A stretch of 64,000 nt of DNA, taken from assembly GCF_009914755.1 (NCBI RefSeq), contig NC_060943.1. One strand, written 5' to 3'. The translations under genes and the position numbers were made by a program. The notes beneath the pieces are model-generated. The model saw only the letters and a program-made list of their open reading frames with translations, did not search any database and was not told the DNA's origin. Positions 44,201 to 57,886 of the stretch are shown here, piece after piece. How positions within the stretch are numbered: position 1 is the first letter of the stretch; each line of letters begins with the position of its first letter. The stretch is from the human T2T-CHM13v2.0 reference genome, Homo sapiens.

Positions 44201-44551
44201 CATCTCTCTCTACCCACTGTCCCACCCTGCCCTGTCAGGGGATGGAAGCCCCATTCCTTATTAGGGAGGGACTGTGGAGTCCAGTTCAGCACCAGCCTTA
44301 CAATGCAAGGAAAGAAAAGAAAACAGGAAAGAGGGAGGGGAAACCACAAACAACCCTTAGAGAGCCACAAGTGGCTCCAGGGCTCAGTTCCTGAGTTAGA
44401 CCTCGGTTTTGGGCTGCTAAATTCTAAGCTCCAAGCTCTAGTTCCATCTCTGCCACTAAAACCCCATATGACCTTGATAAATTCTTTACCAGCTTTGGGT
44501 CTCAGTTTTTCCTTCTACGAGTCAACCCATCTCTTGGATTTTCTGGGAACT

Positions 44552-45526
<975 letters not shown>

Positions 45527-46255
45527 TACTTTTCATATCTGAGCTCTAACTGGTTCTTTTTATATCTACATGTTTTTCTTTCATAACCTCCTGTTCTTGT
45601 TTGACAGTTGTCATTCCTTCCTTTATCTTTCTGAGTCACCTAACATATTCATTGTACAGCTCTTTCAAGATTAAACTGATATTCTCTATTTCCTCAGATG
45701 TAATATCTTCTAGTTGGGGAGTTTGTGGGAATTTCTTGAAGTGGCCACAGATTCATTATCTTCTTTAGGTTATTTCTCCTTGGTCTGGGCCTTCTGCACG
45801 TGCATGCTTTTGACCTTATATATTAGGGGACTCTGCACTTCCATGCGTGGGAGACTTTTATCCTTGTCATTGGGCATCTCTGCTTTGGTCTCTGGTTCAA
45901 GTTAGCATTTTCCCACCATTTCTCAGTGTCTGGGAGGAATGGGGAGGTTTTGGTGTGTATTTGGTCTCGAGTGGATAGTCAATTTACCATCTGTAAACAG
46001 ATACAGTTGTGTTGGGTGATGTCCGAAGGTTCTCAGAGACATTTTCAACACAGATAGTACAGAGTGTGGCCGGAGAAGTCCAGTGGGAGAGGATTCTTTT
46101 ATTTTTTGAGACAGAGTCTCACTCTGTCACCCAGACTGGAGTGCAGTTGTGCAATCTCGGCTCACTGCAACCTCCATCTCCAGGCTCAAGTGATTCTCCT
46201 GCCTCAGTCTCCCGAGTAGCTGGGACTACAGGCGTGCACTACCATGCCCGGCTAA

Positions 46256-46414
<159 letters not shown>

Positions 46415-47163
46415 TGAAAAATAGCTATGTGGGTTATTTATTATTATCAGGTACCAGCTCTTAACACATCTTACCTTATTTATTCCTTATACAACCAATG
46501 AGGTAGGTACTGCTATTATTCCCCTTTTGCAGATGAGACATTGGAAGCTCATAGAGGTGACCTGACTTGCCCAGGCACACTTAGCTAGGGAGGAAAATTT
46601 GAACCCAGTTAAAGCAGGTGTTCTTAATCCTGCCTATTTCATTGCATCCTGACAGCATGGATACTAATCTCAGCCTTGCCGTATTGTTAACTGTGTGGTT
46701 TCTTGACCCTTTTGTTCCTCTGTGGAAACCAACCTCTACCCTTCAGAGGTGCTATGCAAACTCAAAACTGTGTCCTCACTGAAACAAGTGGAAGTATCTG
46801 GGGACATTTAACCTGGTGCATTAGGAAGGGTTTGGGTACTGGATCCCATTGTACCTGGATTCTGGCTGTGCGACCTCAGGCAGGTCACTTGACCTCTCAG
46901 AGCTTTGCTTTCCTGATCTGTCAAATCAGGATGATAGCCGTGCTTTACTTTCCTCTCTGGGTAGTGGTGAGTGAAAAGTGAGATGTTCCATGTACCTGGC
47001 ATACAGTAGGTGCTCAATACACAAGAATTGTTTTCCCTGGAGGAGAGCAGGCTGTTGTGGGAATAGGGAAATGTCAGTGTCAATTCCTCAAATCCCCAAA
47101 GGGTTCTAGGGTCCAGAGGAAGGGGAGATTCTCCACGGATGTTAAGGAAAGAATGAATTCTAG

Positions 47164-47556
<393 letters not shown>

Positions 47557-47920
47557 TAGAATAAACCATTAAACGTATGAATATTTTGGGAATGAACCAA
47601 TAAATGCATGAATAGTTGAATAAATTAAAGAATGAGTGAAATGTGAGTGAGTGAATGAATGAATGAGCAGATGAAATAATACTCAAAAGGCAGGCGCCAT
47701 GAGACTGGAATACAGTCTGATTGGATCCTCTCTTTCCCAAAGGGGTGGATGCCGGAGACCTTCCAGTGACTAGGAGTTCTTGCTGGGTTGGGTGACTATA
47801 GAATCCTGCAAGGCTTTTACTGTTTGTTTTCTGAGCTCAGTCAAGATTTCCAGACATGGCCAGGCGCTCTGGCTCACGCCTGTAATCCCAGCACTTTGGG
47901 AGGCTGAGGCAGGTGGATCA

Positions 47921-48286
<366 letters not shown>

Positions 48287-49231
48287 TCAAGGCAGCTGCG
48301 GAGGCTGCTTGGCTGGGGTGGGGCTGGCCTGCGATGGGGCCATCTCTGAGAGAGACCCTTTTCCTGTTTCTTCATCCCCCTCCGGCCACTGCAAGGAGTG
48401 CTGCCTGTCTCGCCACCCTCCGTTAGCACTTCCTCTGCGACCACAGGAAGGCCCAGCCCAGCTCTTACTGTGTTTTCTTTAAATAAACTCGGGCAGCAGA
48501 ACTATCTGCTGCCCCATCTCCCTCTGGGTTCCTGTGGAGGTGTAGGGGGCGGTGGTTAGGGGGGTTCAGGCCAAGCCACAGACGGGAAGGACTCAGACCA
48601 CAGTGATAACAAATTTTCCTCTATCTCAGTGGTGTGGCCTGAGAGCTGACTGCTCAGAGTCACTCTGGCCTGTCCTTTCTTTATGTGACTACCAGCCCAC
48701 ACTCACTTCTCTTCCTTGGGCATTGCTGATTCTGATGTGGCTCTTGGGGACCCCTGGGCTGTGTTCCTCTTCCTTTCCAGCCCAGCTGTGTTCATCTCGG
48801 AGCTTGCCTACCACTTCTGTCTTCTCTCCTAGAGCCAAGGTGGTACTTTCTAGATGCTGGCCCCAGAGCTCCGGGATGTGCCGTGGACCTCTACACAGAT
48901 GTTCATCAATTCCTGGGCTCTGGTCAACATCCGTTGAAGTTGGAATGGTTGTTGGGACCCCCTCTGATGTCCCCCCAAGACAGGGCCAGGAATGTGGCAG
49001 GGGAATTCTGTGGCTAGTGGGGGACCCCGAGTGAGGGCTTGTCTGGGGTCTTGTCTGGGGCTCAGGTGAGCTGTCTGGGCAGTGGAAGACCCAGGCCCAG
49101 CCCTTTGTGGGGAGAGAGGACCCATTCAGGCTCACTGCACCTCACTGTTATGGGTTCTGCCCTTTTGAGTATTCCTTCATCTGCTCATTCATTCATTCAT
49201 TTACCCACGCTTCACTCAATTTTAATTTATT

Positions 49232-49920
49232 CAAATATCCATGCATTTATTAGTTCATTCCAAAAAGATATTCATGCATTTGTTAGTTCATTCAAAAAAT
49301 CCATGCATTTATTAGTTCATTCTAAAAAATAGTCATGCATTTATTAGTTCATTCAAAAAAATCCATGCATTTATTAGTTCATGCAAAATAATCCAGGCAT
49401 TTATTAGTTTATTCAAAAAAAATCCATGCATTTATTAGTTCATTCAAAAAAAATCCATGCACTTATTTGTTCATTCAAAAAAACCACACATTTATTAGTT
49501 CATTAAAAAAATTCATGTGTTTATTAGTTCATTCCAAAAAATATTCATGCATTTATGAGTTAATTCAAAATAATCCATGCATTTGTTAGTTCATTCAAAA
49601 AATCCATGCATTTATTAGTTCATTCAAAAAAAATACATGCACTTATTTGTTCATTCAAAATCCATACATTTATTAGTTCATTAAAAAATTCATGTGTTTA
49701 TTAGTTCATTCCAAAAAATATTCATGCATTTATTAATTCAAAAAAATCCATGCATTTATTAGTTTATTCAAAAAAATCCATGCATTTATTAGTTCATGCC
49801 AAAAATCCATGCATTTATTAGTTCATTCAAAAATATTCAGGCATTCATTCAAAAAATATTTATGCATTAAATAGTTTATTTTAAAAAATATTCATATATT
49901 TATTAGTTTATTCCAATAAA
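49232..49920. repeat. About 30-bp AT-rich minisatellite (atccatgcatttattagttcattcaaaaaa)n, over 20 copies
   Basis: Direct reading of tandem units. Confidence 0.95.
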
Positions 49921-50713
49921 TACTTTTACAGGGCCTTCCTCCTTCATTCCTGATCCTGGGGTGGAGGTGAATTGAGGAACATATGAACACTGGTTTTAGG
50001 AGTCTAAGATGCTTATACTTTCATAAGCACACCCCAGAGGCTTTTAAGCAAAGGATAAATGGAATTTCAAAAAGCTACCTCTGGGCTCATGGTGGGTTTG
50101 TGGGGGACAAGGGTGGAGGCTGGTGGGGGCCCAGGTGGGATAGAAAATGCTTGGGCGGGGACCAGGGCTGTGGGGACTGGAGAGAGGGGTGGATGCAACT
50201 GTGGAGGAGCGATTAGTGGGAGGTGGCATGAATGGGGCCAGGGGAGAAGGATTTGAGGGGTGTCAGTGGCAGCTTTGGGGCCAGAGTTGGTGGCGGTACT
50301 CACATGCTAGGAGAAGAATGCTGCTTACTTTTGGAATCTCTGACTGTCCCTGGGTCAGCCACTTAACTTTTCCTGAGCCTCAGTTGCATGGTCTGTAAGT
50401 GGGGATGATATGCTCCTGACAGAGGGTATGGTAGCCCTAGGTGTCTATAAGGGCTCAGTGAACTTGGACACCTGAGCAAGGTTATGTTATTAGCCTGGCT
50501 ACCAGGAACAAAGCTCAGAGACAGCTGCAGGAAATTGCAAACCCAGGGCGTCCCGTCTGGCACCTGTGGACCAGGGTTCACCTAACTGCAGCTGCTTCCC
50601 CAGCCCATGTGATGTGGGCAGGTGTGGAGCCGCCTACCACTACAGCAAGTGGCAACAGGTGGGGAGGTGGTCCAGATGTCTTTCGGCTTCAGAGTTGGTC
50701 CTGGACTTGGGTT

Positions 50714-50945
50714 CTGGAGTCTCCCCAGTGACCAGGATTTCTCAGAGGGGGTCCCAGGTATGGACACTGCAGACCCTCCTGTGACTAGGAGTTCTTAGAG
50801 GAGGTCCTGGGCATGGGCACTGGAGTCCCTCCCATGACTAGAAATTCTCAGAGGAGTTCCTGGGCATGGGCACTGGAGTCCCTTCTGTGACTAGGTGGTC
50901 CTGGGCATGAGTGCTGGAGACCTTCCAGTAGCTAGGAGTTCTTGT
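50714..50945. repeat. 53-bp degenerate tandem repeat, about 4.5 copies
   Basis: Units start at 50714, 50767, 50820, 50873, then 50914 (the preceding unit lacks 12 bp): ctggagtccctcccatgactagaaattctcagaggagttcctgggcatgggca. Confidence 0.9.
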
Positions 50946-50997
50946 TGACTTGGGCGACTGCAGAACACCACAAGGCATTGATTGATTGATTGATTGA

Positions 50998-51109
<112 letters not shown>

Positions 51110-51599
51110 TAGCTGGGACTACAGGTGCATGCCCTCATGCCTGGCTAATTTTTTGTATTTTTAGTAGAGACAGGGTTTCACCGTGTTAGCCAGGATGGTC
51201 TTGCTGTCCTGACCTTGTGATCCGCCTGCCTCGGCCTCCAAAAGTCCTGGGATTACAGGAATGAGCCACCGCGCTTGGCCTTATTTTTTATTCTCCAAGC
51301 CCAACCAAGATTTCCAGACATGGTGGCCTCCTGAGCACATGAGCAGATCACATGGTGTGGCGGAGCAGACTCACACATTAGACAGATTTGAGTTCAAATC
51401 TTAGTCCTGCTGCTGACTTACTGTGTGATGTGAGCAGATGAAAGACCTTCTCTAGACATATTTTCTTCTTTTATTATAATTTCACTCAACTTTTCCATGA
51501 GACTGGGAGATTTGTGAAGGCTGGGAGGCAGTTTGATTTTCTTCTTTTGTCTACCTTACAACCTGGCACAGTGAATGAATGAATAAATATGCACCTCAA

Positions 51600-51838
51600 A
51601 TTGTTTTGTGAAGTATAGTAAGCATTTCTTGGGCAAATAAATTTGAGAGCCTCTAAGTCACAAAACTAAACTTTTTTTTTTTTTTTGCAGGATTTCTCAG
51701 AGCCTTCAATGTACTTTGTGATTCTCCTATAAGGAATAAGGTATGCAATATTTCTCAAACATTTTTGTATTCTTTTTCTGAGGGCACGTCATCTTTGGCA
51801 CTGGGGTTCCTAGGAACATACTTTGGGAAATGTGGACT
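51600..51838. mobile_element. MER103-like hAT-Charlie remnant (related fragment at about 7740-7890)
   Basis: gcaggatttctcagagccttcaat...gtatgcaatatttctcaaac...ggaacatactttgggaaatg. Confidence 0.5.
51691..51740 (+). other. NFILZ: Candidate 5'UTR exon 4 (50 nt) in MER103-like DNA transposon
   Basis: Very strong acceptor T15-gcag| ending 51690; donor AAG|GTATGC at 51741. Confidence 0.7.
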
Positions 51839-52924
51839 TAGGATCATTGTCAGAGGTCCTTGGAGTGTTGCTATTTGTCTGGTTGTATATTCCTTTATCC
51901 TCTGTCAAACATGACCTGAATTATGTCACATAACCATGTAGCAACAGAAACTAAGGTCAAGGGCTGTTAGTGAAGAATAAAAGACTAAATTAGAATGTTG
52001 GGGAAGAAAAACCTATACTCCCAATTTAGGAAAGTTACTACGGTTTATCTTAAAACTCAACACTGAGTTTCTGCCAAAGTGAACAGAAAAATGTGGTGTC
52101 TTTCATGGTTTCTTGGGTGGGAGTTCAGCAAGGGGGTTAAATGCTCTCCAGCTGTGAACAAGGTTGTTTTCATTCATGTGTTCATTCATTAAGTCATTAA
52201 TTCATTCAACAAGTGTTTATTTACCACCTGCTATTTACAAGCACAATGTTAGGTACCAGGGATACAAGAGTAGACCAAAAAAGACATACATATGCCCTTA
52301 TGGAGATGACAGTCATCGGTTTTCAGAACAAAGATGATCGGTTTTCAGCCCTCAGTGCCCCTTCTTTCCTGAAGTTTGTTCTGAATTTTTAGACAGGCTC
52401 CTTCCGCCTTGCTGTGGTTTTTCTCTCCACCTGTTTTGTATCTGAATCACAGAAGGTGAAGACATCCCCCAGGTGGTTAGTAGAACCCAGATCTTTGTGT
52501 TAGAGTCTTCATGAAAACCAGTGTGAGAAACTGGGCTGAGGCAAGGGAGGTAGTCTTCCATCCTTGCTATATCTCTGGGACACTGGGCATCTTTTCTGGG
52601 CTCCACCCTAGGGGTTGGGAATCTAATAACTTTGATTTTTTTTCTCTACCCCCAATTACCAACCCTCTAATTCTTCAACACTAGGCACATGGGAATTGCG
52701 TTTTGTTTTCAAACCTGGGCAACAAAGTGAGACCATGTTCCTACAGAAAATTTAAAAATAGCTGAGCATAATGGCATACAAGTGTAGTCCCAGCTACTTG
52801 GGAAGCTGAGGCATGATGATTGCCTGAGCCCAACAGTTCAAGGCTGCAGTGAACTATGATCCCATCAATGCACTCCAGCTTGGGTGACAGTCAGACCATG
52901 CCTCTAAAAAAATTGCTTTTTTGT

Positions 52925-53360
52925 TGGTTGGATGAATGGATGGACCCATGGATGAATATATAGATGAATGAATGGATTTGTAGAAGAGTGACTGACACAT
53001 AGGAGGGACATTTGGATGAATGAAAGAATGGAGGAATAGATGGTGGATGGTTGAGATCAGCAAATGAATATATGGATGAAAAGATGCCTAGTAAAGGCAC
53101 AATGTGATTTAAAAAAAATGAATCTCTCAGTGAATCAATGGACGGTTGGATGAATGGATGAGTGAGTAAGTGGTAGATGTGATGGAGAGTTGCACAATGA
53201 AATGGGGAGATGGGTTTGAGTGAATGGATGGTGAGTGAGTGAATGAATGGATAAATGGATAGATGGTGAGTTGGGTAGAGGGATGGACAAATGGACAGTT
53301 GAGTGAATGGGTGAGTGATTGGATTACCCGATGAATGGGTGGGTAGTTGGATGGATGGAA
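52925..53360. repeat. Degenerate (GGAT/GAAT)n simple repeat
   Basis: ggatgaatggatgga... tract in intron 4. Confidence 0.85.
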
Positions 53361-53498
53361 GGGCAGGTAAAAAATTCTGGCCACAAACTGAAGCGATCTT
53401 GGGGTACAATCTGGGCACAGTTTAGGTGAATAGCAGCTTATTTTCTGATCCCAAATTGGCTCTGTTTACCTCCATGGATACATATTCTCTATTTCTAG

Positions 53499-53596
53499 GT
53501 TCAGTCATCCTTCTGTCTCCCTCTGGGTTTCCAAGAATCTTACCTTGGAACTCCAATTGAACTGAGCCCTGGGCTTGTCTGCTGACCTTCTCAACA
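53499..53596 (+). other. NFILZ: Candidate 5'UTR exon 5 (98 nt)
   Basis: Acceptor tattctctatttctag| ending 53498; donor ACA|GTAAGG at 53597; 294-bp intron to the coding-exon acceptor at 53890. Confidence 0.7.
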
Positions 53597-53905
53597 GTAA
53601 GGAGAACACCCCTGGAAGAGCATGTGTCCTTCTGAGGGTACAGGGTTGAACCAGCTCTTCATGATAACTGTGGTCTGCTCTTAAGCCTTTCTAGCAGTTT
53701 CTTGTTTTGTGGCCTCACCCAATCTTCACTGGGCATCAAACCGATGAAGATCGAACCTTGGTCTCCAGCTCAGTTCCAACTCCACCTGTCCCCTCCATGG
53801 GTGATGGTGGAGACAAAGGATAAATTAGAGAAAGGGGTCATCCAGGTCCACCCTTTGCCATTACTCCAAGAACTCTTTCCTTTTTCCCAGGTTCTCCAAG
53901 CAGCT

Positions 53906-54775
53906 ATGGATGTGGGTTTCTCGGGCCTGCCAGATGTGTCTCAGAGTCATAGCAAGACCTTGTGGGGGGCTCGGGGCAGGGGCCCCTCCATACGTCGCCA
54001 GCGGGAGTTCATGCCAGAAGAAAAGAAGGACACAGTTTACTGGGAGAAGCGGAGGAAGAACAATGAAGCAGCCAAGAGATCCAGGGAAAAGCGACGTCTC
54101 AATGATGCAGCCATTGAGGGCAGGCTGGCTGCACTGATGGAGGAGAATGCCCTGCTCAAGGGTGAGCTGAAGGCGCTCAAGCTTCGCTTTGGCCTCCTGC
54201 CCCTGACTGGTGGGCCCCGGGCCTTGCCCCTGCAGGCTCTGCTATTGGAAGCCCCCTGGACTGGGGACCCCCGGCCTGGGGCTGAAGCACTCTCATCCTT
54301 GTCTGGCTCTCACAGCTGCCTCTTAAGGCCATGTTCCCTGGATGCTGGGATTCCAGGATGTCGGGGCTGCCTGCTGGCTCCCAGATGGACTGGCTTGGCC
54401 ACTTCTCCTAGGTCCCCCCAAGAGTCTGCATCTCCTACCCTCAAAAGAATTGACATGGCCTTGCAGACTGCCCTCCCACCTGCCCTCTTCAGCTGTCACC
54501 TCTTGGAGGGGCATGTAGGGTCCAGACCAGAGCTCAGACCCTGCTGGGGGCTGTGGTCACCAGTGCCCTCTGGATGCCGGGCTTCAGGGCCATCAGATGT
54601 GTTGCTGACACCCACTGCTGATCCCATGGGTCTGTCTCCTGGGGTGACCTGCCCTGCCCCAGGGAACAGTCCTGAGGGTCTGGGTCAGCCCTCTCTGCCC
54701 CACAAACTGCGCATCAAGTCCCGAGCCTCAGGCAGGGTACCTCGTGGCTGGGAGGGTGGTCAGGCGCCCCTCTGA
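53906..54775 (+). CDS. NFILZ: NFIL3/E4BP4-like bZIP transcription factor, 289 aa, CDS contained in one exon
   Basis: ATG in strong Kozak context (gcagctATGG), 15 nt after a polypyrimidine/AG acceptor ending at 53890. Basic region [38 protein letters not shown] is nearly identical to NFIL3, followed by a leucine zipper (53993-54196). C-terminal LPHKLRIK (54695-54718) matches the NFIL3 repression region. No frameshifts or stops. Confidence 0.93.
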   Translation: MDVGFSGLPDVSQSHSKTLWGARGRGPSIRRQREFMPEEKKDTVYWEKRRKNNEAAKRSREKRRLNDAAIEGRLAALMEENALLKGELKALKLRFGLLPLTGGPRALPLQALLLEAPWTGDPRPGAEALSSLSGSHSCLLRPCSLDAGIPGCRGCLLAPRWTGLATSPRSPQESASPTLKRIDMALQTALPPALFSCHLLEGHVGSRPELRPCWGLWSPVPSGCRASGPSDVLLTPTADPMGLSPGVTCPAPGNSPEGLGQPSLPHKLRIKSRASGRVPRGWEGGQAPL

Positions 54776-55069
54776 GGGCTTCCTCTGGGAAGGGCTAGGC
54801 TTGCAAGGGGGTGTTTGGGGGCGGAATATAGGTTTGTCTGAGGGATGAGTAGCTTGGTCTTGATCAGCAATCTGGGAAGGCCTGTAGGAAGTAGGGGTGC
54901 CCTGGCTTGGAAGGTCCACTTCACAGCTTCCATACCAGACCTCCTAGGGGTGGAGTGGATGGGAGCCCATCTTGGATTCTACCATGGCTCTTGCCTTGCC
55001 TTAAAATCTATGCTTTGGGTTGTCACTTTTCCCTCTTCCTTCCTCCTTTCCATTTATCTATTCTTCCCT

Positions 55070-55774
55070 ATAGCCATCCATTCATCCATTCATCCTCATT
55101 TATTCATCCATTCATTCATTCATCAATCCTTATCCATCCATCCATTAGTCCCTCCATCCTTATCCATCTATCCATCCATCCATCCATCCATCCACCCATC
55201 TATTCATCCATCCATCAATCCATCCATCCATTCCATCCATCCATCCATTCTTCCATCCACCCATTCATTAGTTTATCCATCCTCACCCATCCACCCATCC
55301 ATCCATTCATCCATCCATCCTTTCATCCATTCATCCACTTGTCCATCCATCCATCCATCCATCCATCCATCCATCCATCCATCCATCCTTCCATCCATTC
55401 ATCCACTTGTTCATCCATCCATCCATCCATCCATCCATCCTTCCATCCATTCATCCACTTGTCCATCCATCCATCCATCCATCCATCCATCCATCCATCC
55501 ATCCATTTGTCCATCCATCCATCCACCTATCCATCCATCCGTCCGTCTGTCCCATCCGTCCGTCCATCCGTCCGTCCGTCCATCCATCCATCCATCCATT
55601 CTTCCATCCATCCATCCATTCAGCCATCCATCCATCCATCCATTCCATCCATCCATCCATCCATTCTTCCATCCATCCATTCATTAGTTTATCCATCCTC
55701 ACCCATCCATCCATCCATCCATCCATCCATCCATCCATCCATCCATCCCTCCATCCATTCATCCACTTGTCCAT

Positions 55775-55807
<33 letters not shown>

Positions 55808-56400
55808 TATCCATCCATCCATTCATCCATCCGTCCATCCATTCAGCCATCCATCTGTCCATTTATCCATCCTCCATTTATCCATGCATCTATTCTCATT
55901 CATCCATGCATTTGTTCTTCCTTCTTTCTATCTAGCCATCCATTCTCATTCATCCATGCATTTGTTTTTCCTTCTATCCATCCATCCATTCATTCATCCA
56001 CCCATCCACCTATCTATGCATGCATCCATCCATCCTCATCCACTCATCCACCCATCCTCACCTATCCATCCATCCACCCATTCTTTCTTGCTTCTATCCA
56101 TTTTCCCATCCACACACCTATCCATTCATCCATTCATACATCAATTTATTCTCCATCCATCCATCCATCCATCCTCATCCATTCCCATTCATCCATCCAT
56201 CCTGTCTTCCTTCCTTGCATCCACTCATCCTCATCCATTTACCCATCCATCCATCCATCCTAACCCATCCATCTACACATCCTTCCTTTCATCCACCCAT
56301 TCATCTACTCATCCACCCATCCATCCTTTCATTCATTTATTCATTTAGCCACTCATTTATGTGCTAACTTGTTTATTCATTCATTCTCTTACTCATTAAT
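55070..56400. repeat. (CATC)n/(CCAT)n simple repeat, about 1.3 kb, in presumed NFILZ 3'UTR
   Basis: Direct reading; internal block ccattcattagtttatccatcctcacccatcc recurs at about 55261 and 55677. Confidence 0.97.
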
Positions 56401-57337
56401 TTACTTATAATTCACTTGTCCCCTCACCCACCCACTCACGATCTTTAGACCTTCCTTTTGTGCCCAGTTAGTGACAAGTGAGAAGACACTTTTCTGGTCT
56501 TGGGTTTCCTGTCCTGGGGTAGGAATGGGTGTTTGGGAAGAAACATACTGAAGACCAGACTGAAGGAGGAGGTAACGTCTAGGGTGTCTGAATCCCCCTT
56601 CTTGGTGTCCCCTGGGGGGCTTGCTTACCACCCAGTTTGAGGGGCAGACATATTGGCTTCTTCTGTGTCTTGGATCAGGGCCTTGAGCTGCTGGAACAGG
56701 AGCAGCTGTGTGAGGGCATCAGTGTCCTCTCTCTCCCTGGCTGCCCCCTGCCCCTGAGAACCAGGTATACACCCACCCAGGTGGAAGGGGCCATTCTGCA
56801 GGGAAGGTCTTCCAGGGGCCTGGAGCCCAAGGACTTATCAAGGCTCCCTCCTCCTCAGTTTCTCACTCAGCCCCTCTCCCATTATTATTATTATTATTAT
56901 TATTATTACATCAGGGATCTTGTTAGATTCTAGATAAAAATACTCAAACTCCAATCATGGGGAGAGCTCATGGGATGGGGGGCTCATCTGGACTTGTACT
57001 GACACTGAGAACCAGATGCCCCTGGCCAACTGGATCACTTGGACTCAGGAGCATCGCCCACCCCCACCAGATCTGGGGGCTGGGCTAGTTCTTGGCTACT
57101 CCAAGTTTATTAGAGCCACAAATGTGTGCAGGGTGAGGACGTACAAAGTGCCTCTCTCTCACTAGTACAACAGGTGGGCAGTATCACCAAACAGGCCAAG
57201 AGCTCCCCTGTGACTGGGCATCCCTAGAATCCTGCACATCACAGGTAGGACCTCCTCTACTTGCTCAGCCTTTGGTTCTGGTCCAGGGCAGGGATTGGGC
57301 AAGATCAGCCCTTCTCCTTCCCTCCATGCCTGACCTT

Positions 57338-57349
57338 CCAGCAGGTGGC
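57338..57349 (+). promoter_or_regulatory. CTCF core motif
   Basis: CCAGCAGGTGGC on + strand. Confidence 0.45.
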
Positions 57350-57451
57350 TTTTCTCATGTCACTGAGCCTCCCTTATACATCTATAAATGTTTACCTATA
57401 AATGAGCCCATTCCCTAGAAATATATTGTGAATATTAAATAAGAGGCAGTA

Positions 57452-57457
57452 AATAAA
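57452..57457 (+). terminator. Candidate polyadenylation signal AATAAA for NFILZ
   Basis: AATAAA (with ATTAAA at 57434) in unique sequence about 2.7 kb downstream of the stop codon; actual usage unknown. Confidence 0.35.
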
Positions 57458-57532
57458 TTGCCCGGTATAGGGGCTTCTCTGGACTGTTTTATCTTCATAA
57501 ATAATGTGAATCCTGGAGGGCAAGGTGGCTCA

Positions 57533-57886
<354 letters not shown>

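Noticed and set aside
49232-49920. CRISPR-like appearance of ~30-bp repeats
   Set aside because: Units are head-to-tail with no unique spacers, in a primate genome with no cas genes; it is a minisatellite.
53702-53905. ORF-track start giving a 357-aa protein
   Set aside because: It begins at a TTG inside the last intron. A strong acceptor at 53890 and a Kozak ATG at 53906 define the more plausible start.
54845-56367. Long His/Pro/Ser/Ile-rich ORFs (280-342 aa) and MDGW-repeat ORFs
   Set aside because: Translations of the stop-free (CATC)n microsatellite.
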